Positions 49,331 to 61,982 of a stretch of 64,000 bases of DNA are shown in pieces (the first letter of the stretch is position 1; each line of letters opens with the position of its first letter). The DNA comes from Lama guanicoe (lineage: Eukaryota), in contig MU053934.1 in assembly GCA_013239625.1 (NCBI GenBank), positions 12,373,413 to 12,437,412 of the forward strand, in the 5' to 3' direction. A model generated the notes under the pieces. The model had not been told where the DNA came from. It did not search any database and saw only the letters and a program-made list of their open reading frames with translations. The translations under genes and the position numbers were made by a program.

Positions 49331-50666
49331 CTGGGCAACAGGAAACCTCCCTCCATGGAGGTCTGGGATTGAGGCTGAGAGGTAGTGGGTGAGGGCTCCC
49401 CTTCTCGCCTCCCAATTCCATTTTATTTTGTTAAGTTTTTATTTATGTATATATTTATTTTTAAATTGACATACAGTCAGTTACAATGTGTCAGTTTCTG
49501 CTGTACAGCACAATGTCCCAGTCATGCACCGGCTCCATTTTATATGAAGTTCCCTTTGTTCTGTTTCACAGATGTAAAAAGATTTTCCCATTTTAGGTTA
49601 TAACACTGACTTATTCCTGGTTTACTAGCACAACTTGGAGGGCCTCTTTCTGTTAGATTTTTCTGTAAAATTAAAAAATAGACAAATGTGCAAAAAAACA
49701 TAATGAATACCCATGTACTCATCTCCCAGCTTCAACAGTGATCAGTACTTTGCCAGGTGCTTTGTTTTTTTTAAATCTATCCAGTTTTCTCTCACACTTT
49801 TAAAATTTGTTTGGTTCTTGTTTTTTGGTGGAGTGTTTTAAAAGTAAATCCCAGAAATAATGTTATTTCACCCATGAATACTTCACTTTTTTCCTCTAAC
49901 AGTTAAGGGAAGTCTTTATTTTTAAAAACATAGCCAGCATGTCGTTGTCACAACTAAGAGAATGATAGTAATTCCTTAATGTCATCTAATACCAGCCCCT
50001 ATTCAGGTTTCCCCAGTAGCTTCAGAAATATCCTCTTCCAGCTGATTTGTTTTAATTGGACCCAAACAAGATCTAAATATTACATTTGATGATTATGTCT
50101 CTTAGCCTCTTACATTCTTGAACTGCTACCCCTCCTTATTGCTAAGCATAAATTTCAAAAAATAAAATCATGACTTTCATGCGGATACGAAAGGAACAGT
50201 CCTGGGCTGTGCTGGCCCGTGTTTTTGCTGCAGGCCTTGGTGTCAGTCAGTTCTCCAAGGGGTGCTGATCACTTCATTTGGAAGTGGTGCTCAGAGACCA
50301 CACCTGGAGCACTCTGGGAGCCGTGAGGGTCCCTAATGAGCTTTCCGGTCATTTTGTGACCAGGATGTGTGTGTGTGGATGGTGACGGTGTGTGGTCGTG
50401 GAACGGCTGCACAGAGACCCTTCTCGTGTCCCTGAACTGCAGCCGCTGGCCTGGCCGACCAGACACAGAGCGGGTGTGTATTGCCAGTACTGATCTCCTT
50501 GGAACAGGCAGGGACGAGGGAGTTTTAGGTCCTCAGTCGTGGAAGGTTCTGATGATTCGGGTGCTAATAAAGATCAGGATTTTTGTTTTCCTTTTCCCTG
50601 TCATTTTGGTAAGTTAACGTTACAAAAGTAGAACTTAAAGTAAGTTTTTTTCCTGTTATTTTTCAG

Positions 50667-50793
50667 GTGAAGAGATTATAAACTGTCCACTGAATGAAAA
50701 AATTTTTCTTCAAGTGGCATATATTCCAAGAAAAAACCCCAAATGTTGCATTTTGCCTGAATACAGAATTTAAACAAGGAGTTTCCACAGAAG
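50667..50793 (+). other. PPP6R2: PPP6R2 5'-UTR exon 2 (127 nt)
   Basis: Strong acceptor ttttttcctgttatttttcag|G and donor AAG|GTAAGA in non-repetitive sequence; resembles the PPP6R2 non-coding exon 2 as I recall it. Confidence 0.75.
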
Positions 50794-53357
50794 GTAAGAT
50801 AATTTTCTTTTTTGATTCTGCTTTATTGTGTATTTATACACGTATTCTGTGTAAGTGAATGTTCAAAGATGGATGACAGCAAAAATTGTAGTTTTGAAGA
50901 TGTGCGTATGGTTTCCTGACTTTCGCGGGTTTTGATGGTCCTGTGTCTGATTTTGAGATGCTGTGTGTGGGAAGGTTACTTGGTCTCTCCAAGCCAAGGG
51001 AAGCCCAGTAAAAGGGGCAGCCAGGCACGTGCAGGGAGGTCTGTGCGCGTGTTCTGTTGAGGTTGCCATCCCCAGTGCGGTCCACATATAGGTGGAGAGG
51101 GAAGAAGGGACTTGTGCCCCACAGAGTGGATGCTCCTCCAAGGCTCTCCTGTTGCAGTCCAGTTAGATGTGGTTCAACGACATGTATATAAATTATTCTG
51201 AGCACGTATGTGCGTTAAGAATTAAGCCAACTCTTCAAAGGCCAAAAGAGAAAAAGAAAAGAAATAGTATTGTGATAGAATTCTTTTGTTCCTTGCTGAA
51301 GAAAATAAAAATTGTTTTCAGAGCAAAGAATATTCAGTGTAGGCCCTTGGGATTTCTATAGATTAAATTGAAGCAAACTTGAATGCACATTCAGGACACA
51401 CACAGACCACTGTGAGGGGAGCTGGCATAATTAGGTGCCCTAAGGGCCGCAGATATTGAATAATCAGATGCAACATACGTAATAATGTGTGAAATGTTTG
51501 AGGAAATGCAAAATAGAGTAAAAATTCATAACGAAAATCAAAGTATGAAAACGAACCAACTAGAAATTTCGGAAATAAAAAAGAAAGTTGAAATTAAAAA
51601 CTCGCTGTAAGTGGATTAAACAGATTAGACGTAGCTGAAGACAGAGTTAGGGAACTGGAATATACCCCTGAAGAAGTTACCTAGTTTGCAGCATTGAGAG
51701 GTGGGAGATGGAAAGTGAGGCTGAGAAACGGAGGGTAGATAAAAGTGTTCTGAGTGTGTGGTGGGGCCCCAGGACAGAGACTTGAAGAGAACAGGAGCAG
51801 GCATTGTTCAGAGTACTGATCGCTTTGACTTTTCAGAAATGAACGAAGGAGATAAATCCATAGACCCAGGGAGCTCTAGGAAGCACACTGTGTCCTAACC
51901 TGTATAAAAGTGTAAAAGGAAACCCATGCCTGCACACTGAGATTGTATAGCACCAAAGCCAAGAAGCCTGTGAGCCAGAGGTAAGAGACGGAGTCCCTGC
52001 AAGGAACATCTGTGAGGCGGAGAGAAGATGTCTCGTTAGTATGAATAGAGCCCAGTAGAGTGTGGAGTAATTCCTCAAAGTGATGAGAGAATATGAATTT
52101 TAGTATAGAATTGTGTACCAGGTATATTTTGCAAAAAAACAGCAATGTTTTTATGTTTTTGATTAATGTTAGGCTAGGTTATTTGGACTACCTTCTGTCC
52201 TCCCCTTCCCCACCCTACAGAAAACAGCTAACGTCGTGTTAAAGAGAAAATCAGAGGGCTGACAATACAGCAAGGAAGTTTTAGGCCACAGAGTAACAGA
52301 AAGAACCAGAAAGGTAGTTTAAGCACCATAGGATGGAGTCTGCCTTTGCCCTAGGGCGTTGCTCATCTGGACAAAGTAGAGCGTGGACGTCAGAGGCCTC
52401 GTCGGCCTCTGAGGTGAAGTGAAGATACACAGTCCTCTCAGGTAGAGGATAAAGGGGACCCTCCCCGTATTAGGTGGGGCTCTGAAGGTCTGTGTCCGCA
52501 GAGTCAGGGTGAACTAGAACCATCCTGCCCCCACCTGGTTGTCTTTTACTAAATGTAGCCGGAAAAACGGGGAAACCTGTGCCTGCAGATTAGATTAGCC
52601 TTTGTGAGGAGTTGTACCCCAGGTTCACGCTGCCTGGTAGTTCAGAGAAATCAAGCATGAATTGAAGGTTTTCTGGTTTAGTAATACCTTCAGGCATCCT
52701 ATGGGACCAAACATAAAACCTTTCTGGAGGAAGTTACGGTCATCCTAGAATGCAGAAAATTCCTATGGGTATTTTTTAAGGGCAGGGATTAGTACACAGC
52801 CAAAACTGACCCAGCACACAGGGAAGTAAGGCACCAGGCATGGGAAGCCACAGCACAGGCCTCGAAGGCGTCAGGCTGGGGGCTGCCAGGAACAGAGTGT
52901 TAACTAAGTGCACTCTCTGTCTTTAAAGAGACACTTAAGGAAATGAAAACATCCGCAGGAAGCAGTAAAAGGCGATGTGTAATATTTGAAAAGAACCAGA
53001 TATAACTTCTTTATATAGAACCAGTATAAAGAATTTCTTACGTGGTTTTTTTAAACTTACATATATATATTTATTGAAGTATAATCAGTTTACAGTGTTG
53101 TGTCAGTTTCTGGTGCATAGCACAATGTGTCAGTCATACATGAACATACATATATTCGTTTTCATTCTTTTTCACCATAAGTTACTACAAGATACTGAAT
53201 ATAGTTTCCTGTGCTATATAGTATGAGCTTGTTTATTTTACATATACTCATATGGGTTTAATACTGAATTATATAGTAAAGAGATAATCAGTGAACCAGA
53301 AAGCATGACAGGAGAAGGCACCCAGAATGAAGCACAGAGCAAATGATGGAAAATACA

Positions 53358-53442
53358 GGGCAGAGGGTCTAGCTCAGTGGTAGAGCACGTGCTTAGCATG
53401 CAGGAGGTCCTGGGTTCAATCCCCAGTGCCTCCATTAAAAAA
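53358..53442 (+). mobile_element. Vic-1-like SINE (tRNA-Ala-like head)
   Basis: tagctcagtggtagagcacgtgcttagcatgcaggaggtcctgggttcaatccccagtgcctcca plus short A tail. Confidence 0.85.
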
Positions 53443-56400
53443 GACAATGTAGAGTAGAGGTTAGGCAGCATGGAGGATAGCACGAGAATGTCTAATGTAT
53501 GTTAAATGGGCATTTTATAAAAAGGAGAATGGGGGCAGATCTATCATTCGAAAAGATAAAGGCTAGAGATTTTCAAGAATTGGTGGAAAAAATCACATTG
53601 AAAAAGACAGATGAATCATAAGCAGGATAAATTAAAAGCAAATTTCCAGCTGGTTGAAGAGAGTAAAGCTGCAGAGCTGCAGAGACAAAGAGGGACCCTG
53701 AAATGAACCAGAGGAATGAGGTTAATGAACAGTGGTCACACTGAGCTTGCTTCTCAGCTGTGGCCGTGGAAGTCAGGGGCCAGTGAAAGAATAGTATCTT
53801 TATTGTCCTAAGAGTGAGCAGTTGCTAATTTCTAACTCTGTGTCTGTCAAAAATATCTTTCAAGAATGAGGTGGAGATGAATACACTTTTAGGAAAACAG
53901 AATCTGAGAGTTTATCAGTAGCAGTCCTTTACTAAAGACATTTCTAAATGTGCAGAAAGCAGTGATCCTAAGTGGAAGAACTAAAATTTGAGAGAGAATG
54001 AAAAGCAAATCTAACATTCATTGTTTGTAGTAGATACAGCGTCTTTTGAAGGGAAGTCAGGCCAGAATCACGTGAGGCATGAAAGCAGCGCACGCGTTGA
54101 GAGAGGAGGGGTTAGGAGCTGAGGCAGTCAGCGTCTGTGTAGTAGCAGGGCTTGGGAGAGTGCGGGTTAGTGTGGATTTTAATACGTGCACAGCGCACAA
54201 GCTCTGAGGAGCCGCAGTAAGAATAGAAACAGCGTGCAGCTTCCAAAGAAGTGGGAGAAGGCCGGGAAACTTCCTGTATTCTTATTAAAAGAAACTTTCA
54301 GCAGCCCTTATATTTGATAATATACTGAAAGCTTTCTCTGAGAAAGTGGGAGGGAGACAGGGGTGCTTGCTCTGACTGCTTCTGTCCAGGACTATGATGG
54401 GGATTTTAGCTGGCCCAGTAAGTGAGAAAATGGGGGAGAAGATAAGAGATTGGAATGGAAGAAACAAAACTGTTATTATTCATTGATGATGTGAACAAAG
54501 TTTTCTTTTGTATGTAAAAAGTCCAGAACAATCTACAGATAACAGTCAAATTAATAATCTTTTAGCAAGCTGCTGGATCCAAAATCAGCTTATAAAGATG
54601 AATTGTCATATCCCAGGAACAAACACATTGCAACGAAAAAGCTATGTGTATAGCAGCGTATACATCAGAAAGTACCTGGGGACACATCTGAATACAAGAA
54701 GGTGTGCAGGGTCCATAGGGCGAGCACTGTGCATTTTGAAACTGAAGAAAGGCTTGAGTGAGTGGACAGCTCCACCCTGGTTTAGGGTTAGAACATGCAG
54801 TGTTGTAAATATTCCAGTGTCCTCCAAACTGGTCTAGAAATTCATTGTCATCTCAATCAAAAAACCCAAGGGCTTGCACGGGAGGATGGGGATAGGGAGG
54901 GTGGAACTGACCAGGTGACTTTGAAATGCTTGAAAATGAAAGTATCCTTGAGTAGTTGAGACAGTCTTGAAGACCTGCAGTCCATTCCGCGTGTGCAGAC
55001 CTCGCTGAGACATGGCTTTCAAAGCCGGAAACGCTGGTATTCTTGCTGTTGGTGGGGTGTCCGTCGGTCTTGGTTTTTGCCTGTGGTGCTGGTTTTATTA
55101 ATAGCGTGTCCTTTCATCATGAGTCCCCTTGGAATCTCATTATGCTATTTCTGGAAAGGCTTGACTGCACTTTTGGTTTTTAGTGTTTTGTTTGTTTGTT
55201 TGAGTTTCTCACATTTTCCCAAATGTAGAACTCCAAGTCAAGGAATAGTATCTGGTGATAGTAGAGAAAGGTTGCTTCTCTCCGGTCAGTCAGGGTGGTC
55301 AGGTGGGAGCGCCGGGCTGGCCCGTGAGGACCCTGGGCTCCTCACCTCTGCTGTGGTCGTAGTGCTGCAGCGGCAGTTGTCCTTCTATGGCCGGGAGAGG
55401 CGGGTGCATGTTAGGACTGGTGGAGCAGGGGAGGTGACACTGGTGAGGCTTAATAGTGCGTGTGAGTGACGTCACCCCCCCTTCCTTTACTCGCCCAGAA
55501 AGTGCATTTTTTATATGCCAGACATATTACTTAAGTCCCATAACCTTTTGAAGAAAATATGGTCATTTTATAGGTGAGAAAACTAAAGCTCAGGGAGGTT
55601 AAGAAGCTTGCTCTAAGTGTATTAAGGCCCGGACTGAGCTGCTGCGGCCGACATCCTAGAGCTCAGTGGCTGAAGCACACTTCTCCCAGCCCCGTGCCTG
55701 GTCTGCTTGCAGCCTTCCTGGGTGGCAGCCCCTCTTGGAGGAGGTCCAGTCTGAGTTGCTCCAGTTCTTGCCGTCCCCAGGAGGAGGAGGGTCCTGGAGA
55801 CCCCGTGGCTCACAGCAGTAAGGCCTTGACGTCCCAGCGTTACTTCCACGCCCACCCGGGTGCCCAGGGCTTCGTCACGTGACTACAGCTAGTTGCAGGG
55901 AAGCTGGGAAAGCTCCGCTTAAGAAGGGTGGCCAAGTACCCAACCCAAACGCTGCCATTGAAGGAGGGCGAATGAAGACTGGGGACCAGCAGAGTCCCTG
56001 TCACACCTGTTGCGTCAGTTGGGTGGGAGTGTGCACCCAGCCGGTGCTCCCGTCTGTTGGCTCCCTGCCCTGCTCCTCCGCTGCAGCTTGCTGCCCCCGG
56101 GAAGAGTCGGCCTTTCAGCACTTCCGCCAGCTTTGTCTGCTGCTTGATGTGGTGAACCCCCCTGGAACTTTGACCCAGGTGTGCAAGGGGCTGTGAGCAC
56201 TGCTCCTGTCCTAGAGGAGCTCGCCGTCTGCTGGGGATGGGCACACTCACTGCCATCCGGGTAGGCCCTTTGGAGCGCTGCCCCGGTGGAGCCTGGCCCT
56301 GTTCTGGAGATTGGTTCTGGCTCTGACAGGGCTGGGACTGTGTTTCCTGAGTCTCAGATGGGTCAGTATAGATAACATAAAGCTATTCTTTTATAATTAT

Positions 56401-59400
56401 TTAAACTTATCTTTACGTTTGTGGCTATTTCTTTTCACTTCCGATTTTGGATTTCTGTTCATCTGTTCCTCCCCTCACCAGTGGACTGTGCCCAGTGTAG
56501 ACATGGTCTCATTTGTTGACTGACTGATTGTACAAGTATTTACTGCTTTCCACAGATCACATCGTGGTTTTTTTTTTTTTTTTAGACCAAATAGGATTCC
56601 AGTGGTGTGTTGGTGAACATTTACAGGTGGCTCCCTGGGGGAGTAAAAAACCCCTGGCTTTTGTTGCTTTCTGCAGTGCAGATGCTTCTGTCACGTCCAG
56701 TTTGAGCTGCCAGTGTGATGGCAGAGGGAGAGGCGCACAGTCAGCTCCTGGAGCAGGTCATGCCTCTTGGGCCACCGCTGAGCCTGTCCTCTGCGTACGG
56801 TGACCTCATCTGTTTCCTCCTTTCCTCTGCAGTTGGGACCTTTGAGTGGAACGTGCACCCGCCCCAATTATGGGCTCTGCACAGGGTGGCTCAGTTAATC
56901 CTCACAGCAGCTCTAGGAGGTGCTCCTGTTCCCAGTTTACAGGTGAGGACACCAGGGCACAAGAGGTCATGTCATGCTCAGGTCACACAGTAGAGTCAAG
57001 ACTTTGGTCATAAATCTTTAAAAAAAAAAAAAGCAGCTGATCTGTAGCCGGATAGGTAATAGGGTGCATTTCAGATTATGATTTTCTCTTAGCAACAGTC
57101 TCTATCCCAGTGTTCTTTTTTTGAAGGGCTCTGTTCGTGAAACTGCAAGATCATATTAGCAGCATTTCTCTTTGGAAGCTGCCTTCTGTCTGATGGTTAT
57201 ACTCACCAGAAAAAGTAAATAAAGAAGCAGAACTTGGAGTTCCTTCAGTTTGGCTGTTGGTGATGCTTTGCTTGGCATTCTAGGTAGACTGTGGGAAAAC
57301 ATAGTCAGGATGTGACAGAATCCCTGGGCTGTGTTGATGTTGCAAGTATAGCCAGAGGTGACTCAAGTCAATGAGCTAGTTCACGTGCCAGTAATTTGTT
57401 CTAAAGATGCTGGTAGAGGTGGGCCTCTGGGTCGTCTCGGGAAGGAGGATTAGCCTTCCTGTAGGTGAGGGCCCACTGAGAGTACTGGCATGTCTGTGGA
57501 GGGCAGCGTGTAGTTGCTGGGACGTGGGAAGCGGTTGGGAAAGTACACAGCATTACCTGAGTGACGGTTTGGGGACTGGTTTACACCAGTTCCTTAGGCA
57601 GTGAGATTCGCTGTTTCTAAACCAGTACCATTGCAGGGAACTCCTTCAGGGATGCCACCAGTGTGACTGTTTCATAAAATGCATAGATAGCTGATGGAAG
57701 TGCAGAAATGCTGTTGCACAGAGATCCTTGGTTTACACGGAGGTGTACTGGTGTGGGCTCCTGGCGTGTGGTCGCTCTCAGTGAGTGATCTGAAGAGTAG
57801 CCAGGTGTCACTGGTAGTGTAAATAGAAGTTCTCAGATGCTGGTCTGTAATGCTGGTGAGATAAGCAAAGGTGAACTTTTCTTAAACTGAATTTTTTCGT
57901 TGAGGTGTTATCCTCAGTCCTGAGGTTATGGCTTTCTCGTTTTGATGTTTAAAAAGCCATTGTCTAAATGAAGGTGATTGTAGATGTTAGTTTACCCTCT
58001 GCTCCTTTATGTCTACTTTTCTTTCTGTCTTTGTCTCCTTTCCTCCCTCCTCCTTGTTTGGCAAAGTGAAAAATTTGGCAACCCTTTGTTAGCTTTCCAA
58101 ACTAAAATACCAGCCTGCAAACTCTGAGTGCCTTGGGACGACTGAGCTGTCCCCTTGAGCAGGTGAGTTGGTGCATTGGATTCTGCATGTGGGATGGGGT
58201 CTCAGAAGCCCTTGAGTGTCTCACTCTTCCACAAGGTGGAAATCCTTACTAGGCTTCCTGTTTTATGACTTAAGGGTAAATAAGTAGATGTTAACTTAGC
58301 TTATTGTTTCAGATGACAGAAGTTATGAATAAGTGAGCAGCATGATGATGATTATTTGGGTTTAATTTTGGTTTTGTTTGTTGGCTGAGATTTGCTCTCT
58401 ACTTAGCCTGTGACGGAGTACATGGGCTGAGTGGCTGTCCCGACCGTGAAGGGACCTGCAGTTGGGGCTGACACGCGGACCCAGTCCACGTCTGCGGTGC
58501 TGGTGTCCCTCAGAGCTGCCGCACAGCAGGCCGGGACATCTGCGAGCAGGACTCACACCACCTCCTACCTTCCCTCTGCTGGGGACACCTCACTGTCCTT
58601 GGAGGGCCCTCCAGCCTCCCCCTGGCCGGCGCTGTCACGTGTTCAGTGTGCACCCTGTTGTGTATCTGTGTTCCTGCAAATGCATGCTGTTGTTTGGTGT
58701 GTGTGTGTTTTAAATTAAATAGCTGGACCGTGTCATGGACCTGATTCCGTTTCTTACATTTTCCCGTTTGCCCATCCTTTTGAGACTTGCCATCGAGTTT
58801 GCCCTCTACCTGTGCATGGCACTCCCCAGGTTCGCTTCCTGGGCTGCCTCCTCGTCCTCATACACGGCCCCCTGGTTTCTTTGGGGTGTCCTGGGGGCAG
58901 TGGGTCACGGGGCACATGGACAGACATGGGTGGTTTCCTGAGCGCTGTCACGATGCCCTCGTGTGGCCACCCACCTTCCCTCTGGTTGGGAGTGTATGAG
59001 GTCCCTCCTGCCACCTGGCCTGCCAGCACTTCTGATGATCCAGTCAATCCTGCAGGCATGAATTCATGTATGTATTTAGTTACCTTTTTCAAAGAGTCAA
59101 GTTTTAGTTAATCTCACTTTTTAAATTTTCTATTTCGTTGATTCAGATTATTATAGTTACTCTTTCTTTTTCTTATGTTCTTAAGTTAATTGCTTAGTTT
59201 GTTTAGTTTTAATCATTCTCATTTCCTGGCAAGTATATTTAAAACCATATTCTTTTCTTACTGCTTATGGCTATATCTTACAAATTTTGATATGTAGTAT
59301 TTCCATTATTATTCAGTTGTATTTCTTTTTTTTAAACATTTTTTATTGAGTTATAGTCATTTTACAGTGTTGCGTCAAATTCCAGTATAGAGCACAATTT

Positions 59401-59519
59401 TTCAGTTATACTCGAACATACGTATTTTCATTGTTACATTTTTTTTTGCTGTGAAGTTGTGAATATTAATCATTTTTTTAAACTGTGTTTTTTTTAAGGA
59501 TATGTTTGTCTCAGACAGA

Positions 59520-61023
59520 TAGGATTTCTTTTGACAATTTTATTAAGATATATTTCACACACCATAAAATTCACTCATTTAAAGTATACAATTCGGGGGA
59601 GAGAACATAGCTCAGTGGTAGAGTGTGTGTGCTTAGCATCCACAAGGTCCTGGGTTCAATCCCCAGTCCCTCCATTAAATAATAAATAGATAAATGTAAT
59701 TACCTTCCCCCAAAATAAAATAAAATATTAAATAAAATAAAGTATATAGTTTGGAGGAGGAAGGGTATGGCTCAGGGGTAGAGTACATGCTTAGTGTGCA
59801 CAAGGTCCTGGGTTCAATCCCCAGTACTGCCAGTAAAAATAAATAAAAACCTTATGAAAACATGTACAACTCAGTGGATTATGGTGCATTCACAGAGTTG
59901 TGCTGCCATTATCATGATCAATTTGAGAACATTTTCATCACCTGCAAAGAAACCTTGTGCCCTTTATCAGTCATTCCCCATCTCCTCCAGCCCTCCCTTC
60001 CCCCTGTCACGGACAGTCACTAACCTGGTTTTCCTCTGTAGGTTCGCTCACTCTGGTCATTTCACGTAATGGTACCCTGCACCATGTGGTCTTTCATGAT
60101 TGACTTCTTTCACTTAATATATCTTCCAGGTTCATCCAGCTCTCAGTACATAGCAGTACTTCATTCTTTGTCATTACTGAACAATATTACATTGTTTGGT
60201 TAGATCACATTTTAAAAATCCATTTTTCCTTTGATGGACATTTGGGTTCTCTCCCTCTTTTGGCTTTTGTGAATAATGCCGTGGTGGACATTTGTGTCCT
60301 GGTTTATGTGTAGATGTTTGTCTTCCTCTCTTGAGCGTGTGCCTAGGAAAAGAATTGCTGGGTCATGTGGTCACTCCATGTTGGATCATTTGAGGAACTG
60401 CCAGACTTTTGCAAAGCAGCTGCACCATTTCACATTCCTACCAGCTTCTCCACGTCTTTGCCAGCACTTCTTACTATCACTTTTTATGATTCTAGCCATC
60501 CTAGTGGCTGTGAGGTTGTACCTCATTGTCGTTTTGACTTACTTGCATTTCTCTGATGGCTGCTGGAACTAAGCATTTTTTTCATGTGCTTATTGGCCAC
60601 TTGGATATTTTCTTTGGAGAAGTATTTATTCAGATCCTTTGCTCATTTTAAAATTTGTCTTTTTATTATTGAGTTGTAAGAATTCTTTATATATTCCAGA
60701 TACAAGTCCTTTATCAGATACATGATTTGCAAAAATTTTCTTCTGTAAACATTTTCTCCCATTGTGTCGGTTGTCTTTACACTTTCTTGAAGGTGCCATT
60801 TAAAACACAAGAACTTTATTTTTGAGGAAGTCTAATTTATATTTTCATATGTTAATTTTGGTGTCATTCCTAAGAAACTGTTGCCAAATCCAAAGTCATG
60901 ATTTAGCTGTATTTTTTTCTTCTAAGGATTTTATAGTTTAAGCTCTTAAATTTAGGTCTTTGATCTATTTTGAGTAATTCTTTGTATATAGTGTATAGGT
61001 AAGGGTCCAAATTTATTCTTTTG
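59520..61023 (-). mobile_element. Ancient L1M 3' region, continuing after 61983 to ~62520
   Basis: Degenerate L1 3' UTR and ORF2 end. Confidence 0.75.
59595..59855 (+). mobile_element. Two head-to-tail Vic-1-like SINEs (~59595-59737 and ~59753-59855)
   Basis: Two A/B-box heads, each with an A-rich tail. Confidence 0.85.
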
Positions 61024-61982
61024 CCCACTGACATCGATGGACAGATCCGGACAGAACATTAGTAAAGCAACAGAGATCCTAAGTGACACAATGGAACAGT
61101 TAGAATTAATTGATATTTTCAGGACATTACATGCAAAAAAACCCAAGATACATTTTTTTTCCCAAATGCACATGGAACATTTCCTAGGGTAGACCACATA
61201 CTAGGACACAAAACAAGCCTCAACAAATTTAAGCAGATAGAAATTATTTCAAGCATCTTTTCTGACCACAGCTGTGTGAAACTAGAAGTCAACCACAGAA
61301 AGAGAAATAAGGGAAAAAAAATTACACGGAGACTTAACAGCATGTTACTAAAAAACCAGTAAGTCAAGATGAAATCAAAGAGGAAATTAAAAAAAATCTT
61401 CAGACAAATGACAATGAAAACACAACCATACAAAAATCTATGGGATGCAGCAAAAGCAGTCCTAAGAGAGAAATTCATAATGATACAGGCCTTCCTCAAA
61501 AAATAAGAAAAATGTCAAATAAACAACCTAACATACCACCTAAATTAGAAAAAGAAGAGCAAACAAAATGTAAAATCAGCAGAAGGAGAGAAATAATAAA
61601 GATCAGAGAGGAAATAAATAAAACAGAGATAAAAAACAATAGGAAAAAATAAAAAAAAACCAAGAGCTATTTTTTTGAAAGGGTAAACAGAATCAGCAAA
61701 CCTCTGGCCAGGCTCACCAGGAAGAAAGGAGAGAGGACCCAGATAAACAAAATAAAAGATGAAAGAGGAGAAATAGCTACTGATACTGCAGAAATACTAG
61801 TAAAATTTAAGACTACCATGAACAACTACGTGGAAACAAATTGGACAACCTGAAATAAATGGGCAAGTTTCTAGAAACGTATAGACCACCAACACTGAAT
61901 CAGGAAAAAATAGATAATTTGAACAGACTAATCACTGGAAGTGAAATGTTATCTGTAATAGAAGAAAACTCCCTGCAAACAA
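61024..61982 (+). mobile_element. Internal L1 ORF2 fragment (endonuclease C-terminal half and linker)
   Basis: gcacatggaacattt...gaccacatactagg, tctgaccac and tgggatgcagcaaaagcag motifs. Confidence 0.88.

Noticed and set aside
53358..53442. tRNA-Ala(AGC)-like sequence as a real tRNA gene
   Set aside because: One of several diverged dispersed copies with A-rich tails, some with TSDs, so a SINE.
55466..55475. Perfect CRE palindrome GTGACGTCAC in PPP6R2 intron 2
   Set aside because: A single short motif can occur by chance in 64 kb and there is no supporting context.
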